In this document: piece by piece, positions 58,533-64,000 of the stretch
Layout: each line of letters starts with the position of its first letter
Position numbering within the stretch: position 1 is the first letter of the stretch
Source of the DNA: Spirochaetia bacterium
GTDB lineage: Bacteria; Spirochaetota; Spirochaetia; WTKD01; G963693115
DNA length: 64,000 nt
Assembly (NCBI GenBank): GCA_965216965.1
Contig: CBDCGX010000014.1
Span: 29,445 to 93,444, forward strand
Direction of reading: 5' to 3'
Position numbers and translations under genes: made by a program
Notes under the pieces: generated by a model
Told to the model about the DNA's origin: nothing
The model's input: only the letters and a program-made list of their open reading frames with translations
Databases searched by the model: none

Positions 58533-59513
58533 ATGCTTATAGATGGACATGGTCGCGAAGTTAATTATCTTCGTATATCAGTAACAGAACGTTGTAACTT
58601 TAGATGTCAGTATTGTATGCCTGAAAAACCTTTCTCTTGGGTACCCAAAGAGAACCTCCTTTCTTTTGAAGAGCTTTTTTTATTTGTAAAAGTAGCCATA
58701 GATGGTGGTGTCACTAAGATACGTCTTACAGGTGGTGAACCACTTTTAAGAGAAGACCTTGATACATTTATTAAGATGATTAATGAGTATAAATCAGGAT
58801 TAGATTTAGCACTTACTACCAATGCCTTTTTACTCCCAGAAGCAGCACAAAGACTTAAAGATGCTGGACTTAAACGTCTTAACATTTCGCTTGATTCTAT
58901 GAAGGCAGATGTTGCTGCCAAGATTGCAGGAAAAGATGTGCTTGGGGAAAGTATTTGAAGGTATAGACAAAGCTTTAGAAGTAGGCTTAAAAGTAAAAAT
59001 CAACATGGTGCCACTTAAAGGTATTAATGATGATGAGATTTTAGATGTGATGGCGTACTGTGAAAAAAATAATATGAAAGTACGTTTCATAGAGTATATG
59101 GAAAATGCCCATGCGGACCAAGCGCTTAAAAGGGATGCATGGTAGAGAGATACTTGAAAAAGTAAAAGAAAAATATACCATTAAGGCATTAGGTCGTGAG
59201 GGTGCTAGTCCATCGTTTAATTATCTCATAGAAGAGACAGGGTATGAGTTTGGACTTATAGACCCACATAAACATGATTTTTGTGAAAACTGTAACCGTA
59301 TAAGACTTACCGCGGAAGGAAATCTTATTCCTTGTCTCTATTTTGATGAAGCATATAAGTATTGCAGAATCAGTAAAAAAAGGTGATATTCAAGGTGCTG
59401 CGGATGTGCTAGCTAAAGTACTGAAAGACAAACCCAAAGAAAATCGTTGGTCAGAAGATGAACTTGAAGATAGAGAGATCTCTACACGTGCTTTTTATGA
59501 GACTGGTGGCTAA
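58533..59513 (+). pseudogene. moaA: GTP 3',8-cyclase MoaA (radical SAM) with three single-base frameshifts
   Basis: Homology runs through four frames: [30 protein letters not shown]...AGKDVLG | [31 protein letters not shown]...HADQALK | [11 protein letters not shown]...[25 protein letters not shown] | ..[18 protein letters not shown]...ETGG*. The shifts are at a GGGG run (~58949), an AAAA run (~59132) and ~59355-59362. Confidence 0.85.
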
Positions 59514-60271
59514 TGTTTTATCTGACGGAACAATTCTTCTCTATTCAAGGTGAGGGTAAATACGCAGGGGTGCCTTCTTACTTTTTGCGTACAGGCGGCT
59601 GTAATTTAAACTGTCCTGGTTTTGGGGCAGAGTATGAAGTAGATGGAGAAATTCGTTTAGGATGTGATACTTATTTTGCTGTAGATTCTGCTTTTGCAAA
59701 GTCTTGGATAAAAGCAGATAATGCCTCCATACTTATCGATACACTTTCAAAAGAATTTTTGGAGATTGGGTATAACCCTCATATGGTGATTACTGGGGGA
59801 GAACCTCTTATGTACCATACGGACAGTAACTTTTATGAAGTGGTAGCGTGGTTAGTCTCAGAAGGTATAGAGATTACTTTTGAGACCAATGGGACTGTCG
59901 AGATAGATTTTGAAAAGTACCCAGCTTATAAATCTTGTATCTTTGTACTCTCTTTAAAACTCAAAAACTCTGGGGAACCGGAAGTAAAACGTATTATTCC
60001 TCAAGCACTCATTAATGTACAAGCACATGCAAAAGAAGCTTTTTTAAAATTTACAATAGATGCAGAGTTGGTGAATACCACTGCTTTGGATGAAATTAAT
60101 GAGATTAGAGACATTTTACCAGAGCTAGAGGTGTATTGTATGCCTGTAGGTGAGAGTAGAGATACCATTTGGAAAAATGATAGAGCTGTTTTTGAGTTTT
60201 GTATGCAGCATAACTTTCGCTATAGCGACCGCTTACATATTAGAGTTTTTGACACCACCCAAGGGGTGTAG
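59513..60271 (+). CDS. queE: 7-carboxy-7-deazaguanine synthase QueE (radical SAM)
   Basis: ..[33 protein letters not shown].. and ..VITGGEPLM.. fit QueE. Its ATG overlaps the moaA stop (TAATG). Confidence 0.85.
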   Translation: MFYLTEQFFSIQGEGKYAGVPSYFLRTGGCNLNCPGFGAEYEVDGEIRLGCDTYFAVDSAFAKSWIKADNASILIDTLSKEFLEIGYNPHMVITGGEPLMYHTDSNFYEVVAWLVSEGIEITFETNGTVEIDFEKYPAYKSCIFVLSLKLKNSGEPEVKRIIPQALINVQAHAKEAFLKFTIDAELVNTTALDEINEIRDILPELEVYCMPVGESRDTIWKNDRAVFEFCMQHNFRYSDRLHIRVFDTTQGV

Positions 60272-60277
60272 TGCCAT

Positions 60278-60484
60278 TTAATTGGGTGTCACATTAATGC
60301 CAGGACTATCTGGCGTACCAATATAGTCACTGACTGTTTCATGGGTCATTTTAATATAACTCAGTACCCCTGCAAAAAGTACTAACCCTACAATAACCAA
60401 ACGTATGATTTTACGTTTTTGAGTAGATTCTTGATTGTTATAGTCATCAATATAGTCCATGGTTGGTTCATTTTCTAATTTCAC
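60278..60484 (-). CDS. Small single-TM protein (68 aa), last gene of the cyd cluster
   Basis: Its GTG start overlaps the TGA of the preceding 53-aa ORF (GTGA). It has one TM helix (IIRLVIVGLVLFAGVLSYI). I recognise no motif. Confidence 0.45.
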   Translation of the reverse strand: MKLENEPTMDYIDDYNNQESTQKRKIIRLVIVGLVLFAGVLSYIKMTHETVSDYIGTPDSPGINVTPN

Positions 60485-60642
60485 TTTTTATCCTTTTGTT
60501 GTAATGTTTGATGGTTTTTTTCATAGATTTCCAGTCGTTCAAGTTTGTTAAAATGTTGTAAATTATGTTGTACAAATTTTACAGATATCCAAACTGTGAT
60601 AGGTAAAGATATGTACCAAATTATTTCTCCTAAGTATTCCAT
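60481..60642 (-). CDS. Unlisted small single-TM protein (53 aa) immediately after cydB; candidate accessory subunit of cytochrome bd (CydX-like position)
   Basis: It is not in the ORF track because it is under 60 aa. My translation is MEYLGEIIWYISLPITVWISVKFVQHNLQHFNKLERLEIYEKNHQTLQQKDKK*. AGGAGA lies 6 nt upstream of the ATG and overlaps the cydB stop codon (TTAGGAGATACAATG). Confidence 0.5.
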   Translation of the reverse strand: MEYLGEIIWYISLPITVWISVKFVQHNLQHFNKLERLEIYEKNHQTLQQKDKK

Positions 60643-60650
60643 TGTATCTC

Positions 60651-61781
60651 CTAATAATGATGTGAGTCAGACTTGACTTCTTCGATAGTCATTTTGTTTT
60701 TGTCCATAGAACGCCAAACTAAAAATATGTAGCCAAGTACCACAGGAATAAGTAGTGAGACTATGGACATGACTGACAATGTATAGTGGCTTCCTGAACT
60801 GTTTTCTATGGTAAGTGAACTTTGTAGGTCGACCAAAGAAGGGTAATAGGCAGAATGGTTAAATCCTAAAATAAAGAGTAGCACGGTTACGGCCAAGACA
60901 GTACCTGTACCAGAGAACCAAATGGCTTTATGGTTGTGTTTGTAAAGCGCACTGTAAATACCATAGAGTAAAGTTCCTATACCCAAAAGTAGTATGATGA
61001 GTAAGAGCGGATAGTCCAAAAGAGTATGTAAAAATTTCATAGGTTCTATAAAAACCATTTGTGTCTCTGGGGTATAGCTATACCCTTGTTGAAATAATAT
61101 AAAGCCAAACACAAAAAGAAAAAAAGGTAAAAATATCAAAGTGTTGTTTTTTAATGTTCTCATGATACGTTTTGCTATGGCTTCATTGTCCAGATTGTTG
61201 TAAAAATAAAGCGATGCTTGAATACGTGAAAGAAAGATAAGCATCACACCAAAAGAGACATTAAAAGGGTTGAGTAGTGCTTCGAGTCCATAGCTTGCCT
61301 TTGTCCAGTGTGAAAGATGCATTTCATTTACCACAAAGTTCCCCCCTGTATAAAGTGTTGCAAGCGCAACGCCCAATAAAAATACACCTAAAGAGCCGTT
61401 GATAAAGAGGAGCTTTTCGTAAAATCTCTCTCCAAAAACGTTGTCTGGTTTTTTACGGTACTCATAGGAGACAGCTTGAATAATGAAACAAAAAAGAATG
61501 GCCATCCATACATAATATGCGCCACCAAAACTTACAGCATAAAAAAGTGGAAAAGCCGCAAAGAGTGCACCACCGAACATAACCAAGGTACTGAAGGTCA
61601 GTTCCCACTTTCGTCCCAATGAATTGATGATGAGTGTACGTTCATCATCGGTTTTTCCCAGTGTATAAAGGAGGGTTTGTCCTCCTTGTACAAAAGTCAT
61701 AAAGACAAAAAGTGCGCCCAACAGACTTACAATAAGCCAGCAATAGGTTTGTAGTGTCAACAACGAAATAGAATCTAACAT
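60651..61781 (-). CDS. cydB: Cytochrome bd-type quinol oxidase subunit II
   Basis: A 376-aa polytopic protein with a CydB-like N-terminus (..WLIVSLLGALFVFMTFVQGGQTL..). Its ATG directly follows the cydA TAA. Confidence 0.9.
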   Translation of the reverse strand: MLDSISLLTLQTYCWLIVSLLGALFVFMTFVQGGQTLLYTLGKTDDERTLIINSLGRKWELTFSTLVMFGGALFAAFPLFYAVSFGGAYYVWMAILFCFIIQAVSYEYRKKPDNVFGERFYEKLLFINGSLGVFLLGVALATLYTGGNFVVNEMHLSHWTKASYGLEALLNPFNVSFGVMLIFLSRIQASLYFYNNLDNEAIAKRIMRTLKNNTLIFLPFFLFVFGFILFQQGYSYTPETQMVFIEPMKFLHTLLDYPLLLIILLLGIGTLLYGIYSALYKHNHKAIWFSGTGTVLAVTVLLFILGFNHSAYYPSLVDLQSSLTIENSSGSHYTLSVMSIVSLLIPVVLGYIFLVWRSMDKNKMTIEEVKSDSHHY

Positions 61782-63314
61782 TTAATGTTCCCCCTCTGGT
61801 CCAATTTTAATTTGTTTAAGCATGATTTTTATTTCAGCGATAAGCAGTCCTGTAAAAAGTATGGCAAAGAGCCAAAAGGTAATCATGACAGAGGTTGAGG
61901 CTACATTGGATGCTGCCATACCTACAGGTAGAAGATCTTGTATCGCCCAAGGTTGGCGACCTGCTTCAGCTACTATCCATCCAGCCTCTTGTGCGACATA
62001 TCCTAAAGGGATAGTAAAGAGTGCTGCACGAAGTACCCATTTTTTGTGTTCAATTTCGTTAATCATGGCAAAGTAGAGCACGATAATAAATAAAATCAAA
62101 AACCATGTACCTAAACCTACCATCGTATGAAAACTGTAAAAAGAGAGTGCTACATTGGGTACAGCATCTTCAGGCTTTTTTAAATATCCATAGCCCATAT
62201 AAGATTGGTTTTCTTCAAAGGTTTTTAATGCCTGTTGTGCTTTTTTCTGATTGCCTTCTCTTTTAGCCTCTTTGTAGTCTTTCAGTGCTGATACAGCCTT
62301 TTTACCTAGAATCATTTTATCTTTCACAGACATAATATCTTGTTCTTCATTGCCATAAAGTATATCTTCTATCCCTGGGACAAAAGCCGATAAAGAGTGA
62401 TACCCTAAAAAAGAAAGGGCATTAGGGATTTCTACTTTAAAATGAAAAGCCTCTTTATCGTCACCCAAGGTTTTTTCATTGTTTAGAAGACCAATAGCGA
62501 TAATACCTGCTCTTGACTCTCCTTGGTAAAGACCCTCCATAGCTGCGAGTTTCATAGGTTGTTGTTGAGCCACTTGAAAGGCAGATTCATCTCCTGAGTT
62601 AAGTAGAAAAAGGGAAGAAATAAGCCCAAATGAAGCAGCCACTATCATACTGCGTTTTGCAAACATGATATCACGCTTTTTAAGTAGATACCATGCACTA
62701 ATACCTATAACAAACAAAGAAGCTAAGACGTACCCACTACTGACAGTATGTAGAAATTTACTGACTGCGTTAGGGTTAAAAATAACTTCTGCAAAGTTCT
62801 CCATCTCATTTCTTGCCGTATCTGGATTGAAGTGCATACCTACAGGGTGCTGCATCCACCCATTGGCAATGAGTATCCATAAGGCAGAGAGGTTAGAACC
62901 AATCGCCACAAGCCATGTAGAGAGCAAGTGCATTTTTTTGCTTACTTTATCCCATCCGAAAAACATTACAGCAAAAAATGTTGACTCCATAAAAAATGCC
63001 ATGAGACCTTCAATAGCAAGGGGCGCACCAAATATATCTCCCACTATCCATGAATAGTTTGACCAGTTGGTTCCAAACTCAAATTCCATAATAATCCCAG
63101 TGGCTAACCCTATGGCAAAGTTAATTGCAAGGAGAGTCATCCAAAATTGTGTGGTTTTTTTCCACCAAATATCACCTGTTTTGACATAGATGGTCTCCAT
63201 GATAGCGATAATAAAGGTCAAGCCTAAAGTGAGTGGTACAAAGAGCCAATGATACAGAGCAGTCAAGGCAAATTGTGCGCGAGACCAGTCTATCAGTAAA
63301 TCGGTATGTTCCAT
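61782..63314 (-). CDS. cydA: Cytochrome bd-type quinol oxidase subunit I
   Basis: 510 aa. ..LSRAQFALTALYHWLFVPLTLGL.., ..GAPLAIEGLMAFFMESTF.. and ..GWIVAEAGRQPW.. are CydA hallmarks. Confidence 0.93.
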   Translation of the reverse strand: MEHTDLLIDWSRAQFALTALYHWLFVPLTLGLTFIIAIMETIYVKTGDIWWKKTTQFWMTLLAINFAIGLATGIIMEFEFGTNWSNYSWIVGDIFGAPLAIEGLMAFFMESTFFAVMFFGWDKVSKKMHLLSTWLVAIGSNLSALWILIANGWMQHPVGMHFNPDTARNEMENFAEVIFNPNAVSKFLHTVSSGYVLASLFVIGISAWYLLKKRDIMFAKRSMIVAASFGLISSLFLLNSGDESAFQVAQQQPMKLAAMEGLYQGESRAGIIAIGLLNNEKTLGDDKEAFHFKVEIPNALSFLGYHSLSAFVPGIEDILYGNEEQDIMSVKDKMILGKKAVSALKDYKEAKREGNQKKAQQALKTFEENQSYMGYGYLKKPEDAVPNVALSFYSFHTMVGLGTWFLILFIIVLYFAMINEIEHKKWVLRAALFTIPLGYVAQEAGWIVAEAGRQPWAIQDLLPVGMAASNVASTSVMITFWLFAILFTGLLIAEIKIMLKQIKIGPEGEH

Positions 63315-63530
63315 TTATTGTTCCTTTTTTGTTAATTGTTCTAAGATGTAATGACTTCTTTGTGCATCATTTTGAAAATGTGTTTCTAAATAATTTGGAA
63401 AGAAAAACCATTTCATCACAGCAAAGAGTATAAAAAGCTTGATGGCTATCAGTAACCACAAACGCTTGCCTAATTTCATACTTTTAAAGCCTTCAAAGTA
63501 GAAATTATAAATCTTTTTAAGATGATGCAT
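63315..63530 (-). CDS. DUF4492-like small membrane protein preceding cydA
   Basis: MHHLKKIYNFYFEGFKSMKLGKRLWLLIAIKLFILFAVMKWFFFPNYL.. matches my recollection of the DUF4492 family found upstream of cydAB. The ATG at 63530 is preferred because AAGGAA lies 4 nt upstream; the tracked start is 63581. Its stop abuts the cydA ATG. Confidence 0.6.
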   Translation of the reverse strand: MHHLKKIYNFYFEGFKSMKLGKRLWLLIAIKLFILFAVMKWFFFPNYLETHFQNDAQRSHYILEQLTKKEQ

Positions 63531-63546
63531 TATATTCCTTATTTTG

Positions 63547-63586
63547 GACATATGACATGAATATATCACTTTTTTGGTCATATGTC
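63547..63586. promoter_or_regulatory. 10-bp inverted repeat GACATATGAC-N20-GTCATATGTC in the divergent cyd/DUF134 promoter region
   Basis: The arms are at 63547-63556 and 63577-63586 and are exact reverse complements. Each contains the CATATG palindrome. Confidence 0.45.
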
Positions 63587-63618
63587 AAGTATTTTAAAAA
63601 TTATGGTATACTTTTCTT

Positions 63619-64000
63619 ATGGGACGTGATAAATTAAAACGAAAATTACAATTTAAACCGATGTGTACCTCTTTTGGTTCTCTTGGTTGTCAAAGTGAAG
63701 ATACTATCTATCTATTACATGAAGAGATGGAAGCACTTTATCTTATGGACAATCAAGGACTTTATCAAGCAGAGGCTGCTGCACAAATGGAAGTGTCACG
63801 TACAACGTTTGCACGTATTATTAAAAGTGCAAGAGAAAAGGTAAGTATGATGCTCATTACGGGTGCCAACCTTACCATAGAAGATGAAAAAGATGAATAT
63901 ACGGTGATGTTAACAAGCATGAAAGAGGATGTTTTAGCACTTGGAAAACCAGATGCACCTTTTTTAATGGTATACCGTATACATCAAAATGAAATTGTCG
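63619..64000 (+). CDS. DUF134 (UPF0251) family putative DNA-binding protein; 3' end beyond the window
   Basis: It is not in the track because there is no stop within the window. My translation is MGRDKLKRKLQFKPMCTSFG...IYLLHEEMEALYLMDNQGLYQAEAAAQMEVSRTTFARIIKSAREKV... This fits the DUF134 pattern (basic N-terminus, F-K-P, then a sigma70-region-4-like HTH). Confidence 0.7.
   Translation, partial: MGRDKLKRKLQFKPMCTSFGSLGCQSEDTIYLLHEEMEALYLMDNQGLYQAEAAAQMEVSRTTFARIIKSAREKVSMMLITGANLTIEDEKDEYTVMLTSMKEDVLALGKPDAPFLMVYRIHQNEIV

Noticed and set aside
58060-64000. Reading the Campylobacterota-like 6 kb as a horizontally acquired island in the spirochaete genome.
   Set aside because: Both boundary genes are cut mid-domain at the same point. 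There is no mobile-element machinery or repeats, and only one boundary is visible. A technical join is the more economical explanation. It is kept as a finding so that it can be tested.
1-64000. A scan for CRISPR arrays, rRNA genes, transposases/IS elements, integrases, toxin-antitoxin pairs and recognisable defence-system genes.
   Set aside because: None was seen. The only exact repeats are the 20-bp duplication at 10642-10688 and the short palindromes reported above. The only paralogous genes are the two antiporter-EIIA genes and the two LptF/G-type permeases.

Overview
The window appears to be two unrelated pieces joined at about nt 58,060-58,085.

**Part 1 (1 to ~58,070).** This is very AT-rich: one hand-counted 60-nt line, 57961-58020, is 27% GC. 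It looks like core chromosome of a low-GC spirochaete.
- It holds the FlaA flagellar sheath protein, tRNA-Val, nusA-infB-rbfA-truB, rny, tlyA, ptsI, der, rpsO-pnp, dut, two LptF/G-type permeases and murJ.
- It also holds glutamate synthase gltD/gltB, an FbpABC-type iron ABC transporter, a CpdB-like nucleotidase lipoprotein, an RND efflux pair, purB, mfd and trmB.
- The most unusual content is a tandem pair of cation:proton antiporters. Each is fused to an unassigned cytosolic module and a C-terminal PTS EIIA (Fru/Ntr-type) domain with an intact phospho-His motif.
- An arsR / merA-like oxidoreductase / CxxC-membrane-protein cassette next to tRNA-Val is heavily decayed.

**Part 2 (~58,075 to 64,000).** This is richer in GC (line 58141-58200 is 43%) and looks Campylobacterota-like.
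- It starts with the C-terminal tail of a membrane-anchored c-type cytochrome.
- It continues with a triply frameshifted moaA, queE, a DUF4492-cydA-cydB operon followed by two coupled small membrane ORFs, and a divergent DUF134 regulator gene.

**The join.** Both genes at the join are truncated and no mobile-element signature is present. I read this as an assembly, binning or concatenation chimera rather than horizontal transfer.

**Frameshifts.** Several conserved genes are split by single-base insertions, in most cases in or beside short base runs. These are ptsI, the second antiporter, a secreted hypothetical and moaA. Sequencing error must be excluded before any of them is called a pseudogene.

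**Limits.** No CRISPR array, rRNA, transposase or integrase was seen. All family assignments rest on motif recognition from memory. No search or HMM could be run.
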